DNA of 64,000 nt from an uncultured Clostridia bacterium (lineage in GTDB: Bacteria > Bacillota > Clostridia > Peptostreptococcales > Anaerovoracaceae): NCBI GenBank assembly GCA_934255135.1, contig CAKQMV010000008.1:1-64000 (forward strand), given 5' to 3'. The position numbers and the translations under genes were made by a program. The notes beneath the pieces were generated by a model. The model saw only the letters and a list, made by a program, of their open reading frames with translations. It made no database searches and was not told the DNA's origin. This document shows positions 1-8,776 of the stretch, piece after piece; the first letter of the stretch is position 1; the number at the start of each line of letters is the position of its first letter.

Positions 1-504
1 CGAATTTCCAAGCTGTAGCCCGCACACCGCGGGCTGTATTAACGAATTCTCAAGCTGTAGCCCGCACACCGCGGGCTTTATCATCGAGTTTCTAAGCTGT
101 AGCCCGTACACCGCGGGCTTAATCATCGAATTTCTAAGCTGTAGCCCGCACACCGCGGGCTTAATCATCGAATTTCCAAGCTGTAGCCCGCACACCGCGG
201 GCTGTATTAACGAATTCTCAAGCTGTAGCCCGCACACCGCGGGCTGTATTAACGAATTCTCAAGCTGTAGCCCGCACACCGCGGGCTTAATCATCGAATT
301 TCCAAGCTGTAGCCCGCACACCGCGGGCTTTATCAACGAATTATCAAGTTGTAGCCCGCACACCGCGGGCTGTATTAACGAATTCTCAAGCTGTAGCCCG
401 CACACCGCGGGCTTTATCAACGAATTATCAAGTTGTAGCCCGCACATCGCGGGCTTTATCATCGAATTCTCAAGTTATAGGCCGACATCGTCGGGTTAAA
501 TTGC
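1..504. repeat. Tandem array of about 12 copies of a 42-bp unit (consensus cgaatttccaagctgtagcccgcacaccgcgggctgtattaa). Each unit contains a GCCCGC-ACACC-GCGGGC hairpin. The array runs to the window edge.
   Basis: Direct reading shows the units are immediately adjacent, in phase (1-42, 43-84 and so on), with 2-3 variant classes at the unit ends (gtattaa, ttatcat, taatcat, ttatcaa). The last unit (463-504) is degenerate. Confidence 0.9.
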
Positions 505-605
505 CATTTTCATATAAATAGCCCGGAGGCACTAAGAATGACCTCCGGCTTCCGCTCCTACATATTCAAGCAGTTGCAAGCTGAATGCTTTTATTTTTTT
601 TAATA

Positions 606-735
606 CTGCATGCAGCGCGCTACTTTGCTTTCGTTCGCAACGCGTTTTACCGATCACTGCGCGCTACTTTGCTCTCGATCGCAATGCGCCACTTCGCTCT
701 TGTTCGCGGCGCGCTTTTAAGTTTTCACACTATTG
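606..735. repeat. Three imperfect direct copies of a roughly 27-bp GC-rich motif (cgctactttgctttcgttcgcaacgcg and variants), lying 3' of the minus-strand MATE gene.
   Basis: The motifs gcgcgctactttgctttcgttcgcaacgcg, gcgcgctactttgctctcgatcgcaatgcg and ccacttcgctcttgttcgcggcgcg are visible in the sequence. Confidence 0.6.
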
Positions 736-759
736 ATATTTAATCCCTTGCTGTGATCC

Positions 760-2127
760 CTACGCTGCCACTGCTTCGCTATCTCCACATTTAGGCAGCT
801 TCTTCATCTGCTTAAGCAGCGTTATAATGAAGATCACCGAACTGCTTGCCCATGTGATCGGGTAAGCAAGTGCGAGCAGTACGAATGTATGGCTTATGTG
901 GAGCGCTATTGTTGTGTAAGCCACACGGAGTATGCACCATGTGCTGAGGAATGTCACCATTGAGTACATTGCTTTCTCCATTCCGAGCATTATTCCGCTA
1001 GTTGCGTGTGTGAATGCAAGCAGAAAGTAGAATATTGTTACAGTTCTTGCGTAAGTCACTCCGTATGCGATGGAGTCAGGAGTTTTGGTGAACAGGCTGA
1101 TACATTGAGGAGCCCAGATATAGATTACCGCTCCGATTACCTGAGCAATAATGATACTTGATATAATGCTGTACTTTACGCCCTTTCTTATACGCTGATA
1201 GTTTCCGGCGCCTCGGTTCTGGCTGACCATGGTCGAAAGTGCCATTGAAATTGAGAGGATCGGGATGAATACAAATCCTTCAATCTTGATATGTGCACCC
1301 TGACCAGACATTGCGTATTCGCCAAAAGAATTAATATATGTCTGAATAACTACATTTCCGATGCTGAGAGCAGAATTCTGGATTCCAGACGGAAGACCCT
1401 GAAGTATAATCTGTTTTAGGATTTTGCCATTGAACGGAGAACCCTTGAGATTGATTCTGAAAAGGCCTCCTTTTCGCTGCATTCTTAAGTAGCAAAGAAC
1501 CGCCGCAACGCCCTGCGCAATTACAGTTGCAAAAGCAGCTCCGAACGTTCCCTGATGCAGAACTGCTACGAAGAACAGGTCGAGCACGATATTCAGAACT
1601 GACGAAACCAGAAGGAGTATAAGCGGCATCATGCTGTCTCCGAGCGCTCTCATGATTGCAATCAGAAGGTTGTACATGATGATAGTCGAAATTCCCATGC
1701 AGTAAACACGGAAATATGTGATGGCCTCAGGCTGAACGCTAGTAGGAGTGTCCATCCAGATGATGATTTTAGGTGCAAGCAGGGTGGTGATGATTGTAAC
1801 CACGATACTTGTGATGATTCCTAGAAAGAATGTGTTCTGAATCGCTTTGGAAACTCCTTCCTCATTATTCGCACCATAGAATCTCGAAATTACAACGCCG
1901 GCGCCGTTCGACAGACCCATGAAAAATCCCACGATAAGAAAACACAGGTTTCCGCACGAAGATACTGCCGCAAATGATGCATTATCCGCGAAGTTACCGA
2001 TGATAAGCGAGTCGGCGATGTTGTAAAGCTGCTGAAGGAGCTGGCCAAAAAGTAGGGGCATCAGGAAAGAGATAAACCCGCGGGCCAGTGAGCCTGTTGT
2101 AAGTGTGTTGATGTTGTCTTTCTTCAT
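760..2127 (-). CDS. MATE family multidrug/toxic-compound efflux transporter
   Basis: 455-aa polytopic membrane protein (about 12 TM helices) with a MATE-like N-terminus (LARGFISFLMPLLFGQLLQQLYNIADSLIIG). Confidence 0.8.
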   Translation of the reverse strand: MKKDNINTLTTGSLARGFISFLMPLLFGQLLQQLYNIADSLIIGNFADNASFAAVSSCGNLCFLIVGFFMGLSNGAGVVISRFYGANNEEGVSKAIQNTFFLGIITSIVVTIITTLLAPKIIIWMDTPTSVQPEAITYFRVYCMGISTIIMYNLLIAIMRALGDSMMPLILLLVSSVLNIVLDLFFVAVLHQGTFGAAFATVIAQGVAAVLCYLRMQRKGGLFRINLKGSPFNGKILKQIILQGLPSGIQNSALSIGNVVIQTYINSFGEYAMSGQGAHIKIEGFVFIPILSISMALSTMVSQNRGAGNYQRIRKGVKYSIISSIIIAQVIGAVIYIWAPQCISLFTKTPDSIAYGVTYARTVTIFYFLLAFTHATSGIMLGMEKAMYSMVTFLSTWCILRVAYTTIALHISHTFVLLALAYPITWASSSVIFIITLLKQMKKLPKCGDSEAVAA

Positions 2128-2254
2128 TTTTATATAAATAATCCTTAAAATTACATGTCTATACCTAACCTTATAATTATAACGCGTTTTAGACTGGAGT
2201 TTAAGAGCTTGAGAGACAATATTTTTGCACCAGATAATAACTCAATATAGTGAG

Positions 2255-2282
2255 TTGAAAAAATTACATATTAGAGTATAAT
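2255..2282 (+). promoter_or_regulatory. Sigma-A type promoter for the thi operon (TTGAAA, 16 nt, TATAAT)
   Basis: -35 TTGAAA at 2255-2260 and -10 TATAAT at 2277-2282, just upstream of the THI-box. Confidence 0.5.
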
Positions 2283-2295
2283 TATGTTAACAATT

Positions 2296-2440
2296 AAACA
2301 CAGGGGAGCTTGTGAGGCAGGCTGAGAGGAAGTACTCGAACTTCGACCCGATAACCTGATTTGGATAATGCCAACGTAGGGAGCTGCTTATGACATACAC
2401 GGGGAATTTCCAAGTCGGGAATTTCCCGTTTTTTATTGTG
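2296..2440 (+). ncRNA. TPP (THI-box) riboswitch with an intrinsic-terminator expression platform
   Basis: The sequence carries caggggagc...ggctgagagg...cgacccgataacctgat.tggataatgcc.acgtagggagc, a classic THI element. This is followed by cggggaatttcc-aagtc-gggaatttcccg and a T7 run at 2399-2436. It sits immediately 5' of thiS. Confidence 0.9.
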
Positions 2441-2460
2441 TAACGGGTTTTAGGAGGTTA

Positions 2461-2658
2461 ATGATGGTAAAGGTTAATGGTTCTGAGCTTGATATCGCAG
2501 GACTTTCCGTTAAGGAATATCTTGATAGCACAAGCTACAACCCTGCAAGGGTTGCAGTTGAGCTTAACGGCGATATCGTGTTCAAGTCTCAATATGATAC
2601 CGTTCTCCTTAAGGATGATGACAGCATGGAAGTTGTCAGCTTCGTAGGAGGTGGCTAG
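2461..2658 (+). CDS. thiS: Thiamine biosynthesis sulfur-carrier protein ThiS
   Basis: 65-aa protein ending in GG (…VSFVGGG). RBS taggaggtta. First gene after the TPP riboswitch. Confidence 0.85.
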   Translation: MMVKVNGSELDIAGLSVKEYLDSTSYNPARVAVELNGDIVFKSQYDTVLLKDDDSMEVVSFVGGG

Positions 2659-3294
2659 ATGATTCCGACGCGTGAAGAATGGACCGCTGCGCTTAATGAG
2701 CGTCACGGCACGGAGCTTCAGAAGAAGTTCGATGCGGCAACCATTACTGTATGCGGACTTGGAGGACTCGGCTCGAATATAGCAATATCCCTTGCGAGAG
2801 CGGGAATCGGCAGACTGATACTGATTGATTTTGACCGCGTGGACATAACAAACCTCCACAGACAGCAGTACAGAGCAGATCAGATCGGGTTATATAAGAC
2901 CGATGCACTTTCAGAAATTCTTAAGGGGATTGCACCATATATCGAGATAGAGACACATACGGTCAGACTTACGGATGAGAACTCGGCGGAGATTCTTAAG
3001 GGCGCTGACATCGTGTGCGAAGCTTTTGACAGTCCGGATGCGAAGGCGATGCTTGTGGATGTCGTGCTCGAGAGGCTTCCTGGGGCGTACATTGTTGCGG
3101 GTTCTGGAATGGCTGGCATGGCGACTCCGAATTCGATCGTCACAAGACGTCTGACAGAGAGATTCTATCTTTCGGGGGATGGCGTGAGTGATGTGAATGA
3201 CGACATCGGACTTGTCGCACCGAGGGTCATGCTGTGCGCGGCGCATCAGGCACATACGGCGTTAAGAATTCTTGCAGGAGAATATAACGTATAG
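2659..3294 (+). CDS. thiF: ThiF, sulfur carrier protein ThiS adenylyltransferase (E1-like)
   Basis: Carries the GLGGLGS nucleotide-binding motif. Start overlaps the thiS stop. Confidence 0.85.
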   Translation: MIPTREEWTAALNERHGTELQKKFDAATITVCGLGGLGSNIAISLARAGIGRLILIDFDRVDITNLHRQQYRADQIGLYKTDALSEILKGIAPYIEIETHTVRLTDENSAEILKGADIVCEAFDSPDAKAMLVDVVLERLPGAYIVAGSGMAGMATPNSIVTRRLTERFYLSGDGVSDVNDDIGLVAPRVMLCAAHQAHTALRILAGEYNV

Positions 3295-3318
3295 GGTAGT
3301 TATAGAAAGGTTAAAGAA

Positions 3319-4089
3319 ATGAATAATGACAAGCTTGTTATAGGTGGACACGAATTTGATTCAAGATTCATTCTAGGTTCGGGTAAGTACTCGATGAAGC
3401 TGATTGAGTCAGCTATTAAGGATGCGGGCGCTGAGATTATTACGCTTGCAGTAAGAAGAGCTAACACTAAGGATGAGGAGAATATTCTCGACTACATTCC
3501 TGAGGGCGTTACACTTCTTCCTAACACATCAGGTGCTAGAAATGCAGACGAGGCAGTAAGAATTGCGCGTCTTGCAAGAGAGCTTGGATGCGGTGATTTT
3601 GTAAAGGTTGAGATTATGAGAGATGCGAAGTATCTTCTCCCTGACAACCAGGAGACTATCAAGGCAACAGAGATTCTCGCTAACGAGGGTTTTGTGGTAA
3701 TGCCTTACATGTATCCGGATCTTAACGCTGCAAGAGATATGGCTAATGCAGGTGCTGCTACAATTATGCCGCTTGCTTCACCAATCGGTTCAAACAAGGG
3801 TCTTGCAACTAAGGCGTTTATCCAGATTCTGATCGATGAGATTGATCTTCCAATCATCGTCGATGCCGGAATCGGCAAGCCTTCACAGGCGTGCGAAGCA
3901 ATGGAGATGGGTGCAGCTGCAATCATGGCTAACACTGCTCTTGCAACTGCAGGCGACCTTCCAATGATGGCTCAGGCATTTCGTCAGGCTATCGAGGCAG
4001 GACGTAAGGCTTATCTTTCAGGACTCGGTCGTGTGCTCACAAGAGGTGCTTCAGCATCAGATCCTCTTACAGGCTTCCTAAGAGACTAG
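3319..4089 (+). CDS. thiG: Thiazole synthase ThiG
   Basis: 256-aa protein with a ThiG-like N-terminus ([19 protein letters not shown]) and a TIM-barrel-like composition. Confidence 0.85.
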   Translation: MNNDKLVIGGHEFDSRFILGSGKYSMKLIESAIKDAGAEIITLAVRRANTKDEENILDYIPEGVTLLPNTSGARNADEAVRIARLARELGCGDFVKVEIMRDAKYLLPDNQETIKATEILANEGFVVMPYMYPDLNAARDMANAGAATIMPLASPIGSNKGLATKAFIQILIDEIDLPIIVDAGIGKPSQACEAMEMGAAAIMANTALATAGDLPMMAQAFRQAIEAGRKAYLSGLGRVLTRGASASDPLTGFLRD

Positions 4090-4099
4090 GAGGTGCAGG

Positions 4100-5350
4100 A
4101 TGGATAATCAGTATTTTGTAGATTCTGATGCACTGTCACCAGAGGCTCTTAAGCGTAAGCATGAGCTTGAGAATGATCCTTCAAGCAGAAGGAATCATAT
4201 GGAATATATGGAAGGAATGGAGGTACTCGATTCAGATATCTGCGAGAAGGTAATGTCGCAGATGAAGAGCTACGACTATTCCAAGTACACAGCTAAGGAT
4301 GTTCGTGCGGCTCTTAACCACGACACTTGTACGGTTGAGGACTTCAAGGCACTTCTGTCACCTGCGGCTCTACCATTCCTTGAGGAGATGGCGGAGAAGG
4401 CACGAATTGAGACAGGAAAGCATTTTGGCAATACAGTATACGTTTTCACGCCACTTTACATTGCGAACTACTGTGAGAACTACTGCGTATACTGCGGTTT
4501 CAACTGCTACAACAATATTCAGCGCATGAAGCTTTCAATGGAGCAGATTGAGCACGAGATGAAGGTTATCGCGGACAGTGGAATGGAGGAGATTCTCATT
4601 CTTACTGGAGAGAGCAGAGGCGCAAGCGATGTGAAGTATATCGGTGAGGCCTGCAAGCTTGCACGCAAGTACTTCCGTATGGTAGGTATCGAGATTTATC
4701 CTGTAAACACAGACGAGTACAAGTACCTTCATGAGTGCGGAGTTGACTATGTAACTGTTTTCCAGGAGACTTACGATTCTGACAGATACGAGCAGCTTCA
4801 CCTCGCAGGTCACAAGAGAGTATGGCCATACAGATTTGACGCTCAGGAGAGAGCTCTTCGCGGCGGAATGAGAGGAGTTGCTTTCTCAGCACTTCTTGGA
4901 CTTTCAGACTTCAGAAAGGATGCTCTGGCAAGCGCACTTCACGTGTACTATCTCCAGAGAAAATATCCTCACGCTGAGATGTCGCTTTCATGCCCAAGAC
5001 TCAGACCTATCATCAACAACGATAAGATTAATCCGCTCGATGTTGGTGAGAAGCAGCTCTGTCAGGTGCTCTGCGCATACAGAATCTTCCTGCCTTTTGT
5101 AGGAATCACTGTTTCATCTAGAGAGAGCGCTGAGTTCAGAAACGGAATCGTAAAGATTGCTGCAACTAAGGTTTCAGCAGGTGTTTCAACAGGAATCGGT
5201 GATCACGAGAAGAAGTATAACGGTGCTGATGATCAGGAGACTGGTGATGAGCAGTTCGAGATTGATGATGGCAGAAGCTTCTCAGAGATGTACGACGATA
5301 TGTCTGACGAGGGTCTTCAGCCGGTTCTTAACGACTACGTATATTTATAA
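4100..5350 (+). CDS. thiH: 2-iminoacetate synthase ThiH (radical SAM tyrosine lyase)
   Basis: Radical-SAM CxxxCxxC motif (CENYCVYCGF) in thi operon context. Acidic C-terminal tail. Confidence 0.8.
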   Translation: MDNQYFVDSDALSPEALKRKHELENDPSSRRNHMEYMEGMEVLDSDICEKVMSQMKSYDYSKYTAKDVRAALNHDTCTVEDFKALLSPAALPFLEEMAEKARIETGKHFGNTVYVFTPLYIANYCENYCVYCGFNCYNNIQRMKLSMEQIEHEMKVIADSGMEEILILTGESRGASDVKYIGEACKLARKYFRMVGIEIYPVNTDEYKYLHECGVDYVTVFQETYDSDRYEQLHLAGHKRVWPYRFDAQERALRGGMRGVAFSALLGLSDFRKDALASALHVYYLQRKYPHAEMSLSCPRLRPIINNDKINPLDVGEKQLCQVLCAYRIFLPFVGITVSSRESAEFRNGIVKIAATKVSAGVSTGIGDHEKKYNGADDQETGDEQFEIDDGRSFSEMYDDMSDEGLQPVLNDYVYL

Positions 5351-5365
5351 AGGAGCACTTGATTA

Positions 5366-6004
5366 ATGAGAGATTTTGATCCAAGTCTATATTTCATAAC
5401 AGACAGTACAGGTCTTGACGAAGATGTTTTTCTCGGCAAAGTTGAACAGGCTCTCAAGGGTGGAGTTACACTTATGCAGCTTCGTGAGAAGAAGCGCACA
5501 ACAAGAGAGTATATCGACCTTGCTGTAAAGGTTCACGACCTCACTAAGAAGTACAATGTTCCTCTGATTATTGACGACAGAGTTGATGTTGCACTCGCAG
5601 CTGATGCAGAGGGTGTACACGTTGGAGCAGAGGATATGCCTGTAAGCCTGGCTCGTAAGATCATGGGTGAAGACAAGATTGTCGGAGCTACAGCTAAGAC
5701 TGTGCCATGGGCAACTGATGCATTCAATCAGGGTGCTGACTACCTCGGAGTCGGAGCAATCTATCCGACAACAACTAAGGTTAAGACAGTTCTTACATCA
5801 ACAGAGACTCTTGCCGACATCTGCGAGGCTGTAGATATCCCGGTCAACGCGATCGGCGGTCTTAACAAAGACAATATTGATGTTCTTACAGGAATTCCAC
5901 TCGCTGGTATCTGCGTGGTATCAGCAATTATGAAGGCTGATGATCCTGAGGCTGCTGCAGCCGAGCTTAAAGCTAAGGCAGTAGAGCTTGGAATCATCAA
6001 GTAG
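5366..6004 (+). CDS. thiE: Thiamine-phosphate synthase ThiE
   Basis: 212-aa protein with an LYFITD start and ThiE-like motifs. Confidence 0.85.
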   Translation: MRDFDPSLYFITDSTGLDEDVFLGKVEQALKGGVTLMQLREKKRTTREYIDLAVKVHDLTKKYNVPLIIDDRVDVALAADAEGVHVGAEDMPVSLARKIMGEDKIVGATAKTVPWATDAFNQGADYLGVGAIYPTTTKVKTVLTSTETLADICEAVDIPVNAIGGLNKDNIDVLTGIPLAGICVVSAIMKADDPEAAAAELKAKAVELGIIK

Positions 6005-6026
6005 GAAATTCTCAGGAGAACAGACA

Positions 6027-6848
6027 ATGAAGAATCAAATGAACACGGCGCTTACAATCGCAGGAAGTGATTCAAGCGGTGGAGCCGGAATACAGGCGGA
6101 TATCAAGACGATGACCATGAACGGGGTCTATGCGATGAGTGCGATTACAGCTCTTACCGCACAGAACACTACAGGCGTCAGAGCCATCATGGAAGCATCG
6201 CCGGAGTTTCTCCGCCAGCAGATAGATGCAGTGTTCGAGGATATTTATCCAGATGCCGTTAAGATTGGAATGGTTTCATCAAGTGAGCTTATCGAAGTTA
6301 TCGCCGAGAGATTATCATTCTATTCGGCCAAAAGCATCGTCGTCGATCCCGTAATGGTCGCAACGTCAGGTTCTTCTCTTATGAAGAGCGATGCCGTGAA
6401 GTCGATGACGGAGAAGCTGCTGCCACTCGCGACGCTCGTTACTCCTAACATTCCTGAAGCTGAAGTGCTTTCAGATATGAAGATTGAGAACAGGGAAGAC
6501 ATGATTACAGCTGCAAAGGTGATAGGTGATACATATCACTGTCCTGTACTTATCAAGGGGGGACACAGTATAAACGATGCGAGTGACCTTCTGTATCGAG
6601 ATGGCGAATACAGATGGTTCGAAGGCACACGTATCGACAATCCGAACACACACGGAACAGGTTGCACCCTATCGAGTGCAATCGCTGCCAATCTGGCCAA
6701 AGGCTTCACGCTTGACCAGGCGGTACAGAGATCGAAGGATTATATTTCCGGAGCGCTAGAGAGCATGCTCGACCTCGGGAAGGGCAGCGGGCCACTTAAA
6801 CATAATTTTGGCCTTGAAGGCGAATGGGCGCGAAATATAAATGAATAA
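6027..6848 (+). CDS. thiD: Hydroxymethylpyrimidine/phosphomethylpyrimidine kinase ThiD
   Basis: Ribokinase-fold motifs (IAGSDSSGGAGIQADIKT). The ATG at 6027 has an AGGAGA RBS; the six-frame ORF extends to 5988. Confidence 0.8.
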   Translation: MKNQMNTALTIAGSDSSGGAGIQADIKTMTMNGVYAMSAITALTAQNTTGVRAIMEASPEFLRQQIDAVFEDIYPDAVKIGMVSSSELIEVIAERLSFYSAKSIVVDPVMVATSGSSLMKSDAVKSMTEKLLPLATLVTPNIPEAEVLSDMKIENREDMITAAKVIGDTYHCPVLIKGGHSINDASDLLYRDGEYRWFEGTRIDNPNTHGTGCTLSSAIAANLAKGFTLDQAVQRSKDYISGALESMLDLGKGSGPLKHNFGLEGEWARNINE

Positions 6849-6883
6849 ATAAACACTACACATAAGGAAAGGATTATTTCAAA

Positions 6884-8188
6884 ATGAGAAACTATACGAC
6901 ACAGATGGATGCCGCACGTAAGGGAATTATCACTCCAGAAATGAAGGCTGTTGCCAAGAAGGAGTACAGAACTGAGGAGGAGATCAGAGATCTAGTAGCT
7001 AGAGGTCAGGTTGCAATCTGCGCTAACAGACTGCACACTTGCATCGATCCTAATGGTGTTGGTTCAATGCTCCGCACTAAGATTAACGTAAACCTCGGCG
7101 TATCTCGTGACTGTAAGGACTACGATATTGAGATGCAGAAGGTTATGGCTGCAGTAGATATGGGAGCTGAGGCTATTATGGATCTTTCATCACACGGAAA
7201 CACTCAGCCTTTCCGTCAGAAGCTCACTTCAGAGTGTCCTGCAATGATCGGTACTGTTCCTGTTTACGACAGTGTTATCCACTACCAGAGAGACCTTGCT
7301 ACTCTTACTGCTAAGGATTTCATCGATGTTATTCGTCTTCACGCTGAGGACGGAGTTGACTTCGTAACTCTTCACTGCGGAATCACTCGCAAGACTATTG
7401 AGCAGATTAAGAAGCACAAGAGAAAGATGAACATCGTATCAAGAGGTGGTTCACTCGTATTCGCATGGATGAGCATGACTGGTGAGGAGAACCCATTCTA
7501 TGAGTACTACGATGAGATCCTCGACATCTGCCGTGAGTATGACGTAACTATTTCACTTGGTGATGCTTGCCGTCCAGGATGCCTTGCTGACGGAAGTGAC
7601 GTATGCCAGATCGAGGAGCTTGTAAGACTTGGAGAGCTCACTAAACGTGCCTGGGAGAAGGACGTTCAGGTTATGGTAGAGGGTCCTGGCCACATGCCAA
7701 TGGATCAGATTGAGGCTAACATGAAGATGCAGCAGACTATCTGCATGGGAGCTCCTTTCTACGTACTCGGACCTATCGTAACTGATATCGCTCCTGGCTA
7801 CGACCACATCACTTCAGCAATCGGTGGAGCTATCGCTGCTGCAAGCGGTGCTGCATTCCTCTGCTACGTAACTCCTGCAGAGCACCTTGCTCTTCCAGAT
7901 GTTAATGACGTAAAGCAGGGAATCATCGCTTCAAGAATCGCTGCACACGCTGCTGATATCGCTAAGAAGATTCCTCATGCAAGAGACATCGACGACAAGA
8001 TGGCTGACGCAAGAAGAACATTCGACTGGGATACTCAGTGGGAGTGCTCAATCGACCCAGAGACTGCTAAGTCAATCCGTGACAGCAGAGCACCAGAGCA
8101 CGACGACACTTGTTCAATGTGCGGTAAGTTCTGTGCAGTAAGAAGCATGAACAAGGCACTTAACGACGAGTATATTGATATTCTGTAA
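6884..8188 (+). CDS. thiC: Phosphomethylpyrimidine synthase ThiC
   Basis: 434-aa protein with a C-terminal CSMCGKFCA cluster motif and overall ThiC similarity. Confidence 0.9.
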   Translation: MRNYTTQMDAARKGIITPEMKAVAKKEYRTEEEIRDLVARGQVAICANRLHTCIDPNGVGSMLRTKINVNLGVSRDCKDYDIEMQKVMAAVDMGAEAIMDLSSHGNTQPFRQKLTSECPAMIGTVPVYDSVIHYQRDLATLTAKDFIDVIRLHAEDGVDFVTLHCGITRKTIEQIKKHKRKMNIVSRGGSLVFAWMSMTGEENPFYEYYDEILDICREYDVTISLGDACRPGCLADGSDVCQIEELVRLGELTKRAWEKDVQVMVEGPGHMPMDQIEANMKMQQTICMGAPFYVLGPIVTDIAPGYDHITSAIGGAIAAASGAAFLCYVTPAEHLALPDVNDVKQGIIASRIAAHAADIAKKIPHARDIDDKMADARRTFDWDTQWECSIDPETAKSIRDSRAPEHDDTCSMCGKFCAVRSMNKALNDEYIDIL

Positions 8189-8203
8189 TTAAATGATTAT
8201 AGG

Positions 8204-8237
8204 AAGGGCCGCTATCTTCGGATAGCGGCCCTTTTGG
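8204..8237 (+). terminator. Rho-independent terminator of the thi operon
   Basis: Hairpin gggccgctatc-ttcg-gatagcggccc followed by ttttggg. Confidence 0.75.
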
Positions 8238-8254
8238 GTACAGGGTTAGAAAGT

Positions 8255-8705
8255 GATGTAATTGCATGGTAGAGGGGTAAACGGTATAACATCCGGTATA
8301 GGGAACTGCATTTTTTGAATTGTCTCTACCAGGTGGTAGAGACAGAGACACTTCTTGAATTATCTCTACCGAATGGTAGAGAGAGCGCTGCTTTTCGTTA
8401 TCTCTATACCTAGTGATTGATCAAATTTCCATCAATGTGGTATAGAGAAATCAAAAATCTATGACCTATATACCGAAACCACCTATGATTGTATACAATT
8501 CATCGATTCTTATCATATTTATACTTTCTAAACATTAAATCACCGTAAAGAATGGTATAGAGATTTCACAAAACTCCAGTCTCTCTACCAAGTGGTAGAG
8601 AGAAAATGAAAAGAGTCCGTCTCTATACCTGCTGGTATAGAGAATCCACAAATATGACAATTCTCTACCACTTCGCATTGTCATATTTCTGCATTGTCAT
8701 ATTTA
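8255..8705. repeat. Array of 10-4-10 palindromes (TCTCTACC-N4-GGTAGAGA and the TCTCTATACC/GGTATAGAGA variant) at about 39-bp phasing, plus half-sites
   Basis: Perfect palindromes lie at 8321-8344, 8363-8384, 8580-8603 and 8619-8643. A long version spans 8401-8448 (arms separated by 28 nt). Half-sites lie at 8264, 8551 and 8661. A gcattgtcatattt x2 direct repeat lies at 8675-8703. The region contains no ORF longer than 63 aa. Confidence 0.8.
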
Positions 8706-8776
8706 AGTTCCCTAGAATAAATTGAAGAATCATAAAGAGAGGAGCAGCCTGGCTGCTCCTTCATCAAACATATTAA

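Noticed and set aside
1-504. Whether the 42-bp tandem array is a CRISPR array
   Set aside because: There are no unique spacers. The whole 42-bp unit repeats head-to-tail with only a few variant bases. No cas genes are adjacent (the next gene is a MATE transporter). I classify it as a tandem repeat or minisatellite instead.
2399-2425. An 11-mer (gaatttccaag) shared between the TPP riboswitch terminator stem and every unit of the 42-bp tandem repeat
   Set aside because: It is statistically a little surprising in 64 kb. However, it is too short to argue common origin, and the flanking sequence is unrelated. Treated as coincidence.
2458-2859. Antisense or overlapping ORFs inside well-supported genes (for example 2458-2859 minus, 10361-10726 plus, 13287-13727 plus, 20509-21072 minus, 37954-38502 minus)
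   Set aside because: They have no RBS, odd amino-acid composition, and fully overlap genes with strong homology on the other strand. Considered spurious.
8321-8643. Whether the phased palindromes form a degenerate or mini CRISPR array
   Set aside because: The repeats are 22-24 bp and fully palindromic, with only about 16-17 bp between them. This is far below CRISPR spacer size. Spacing is interrupted (8450-8580), and there are no cas genes or leader.
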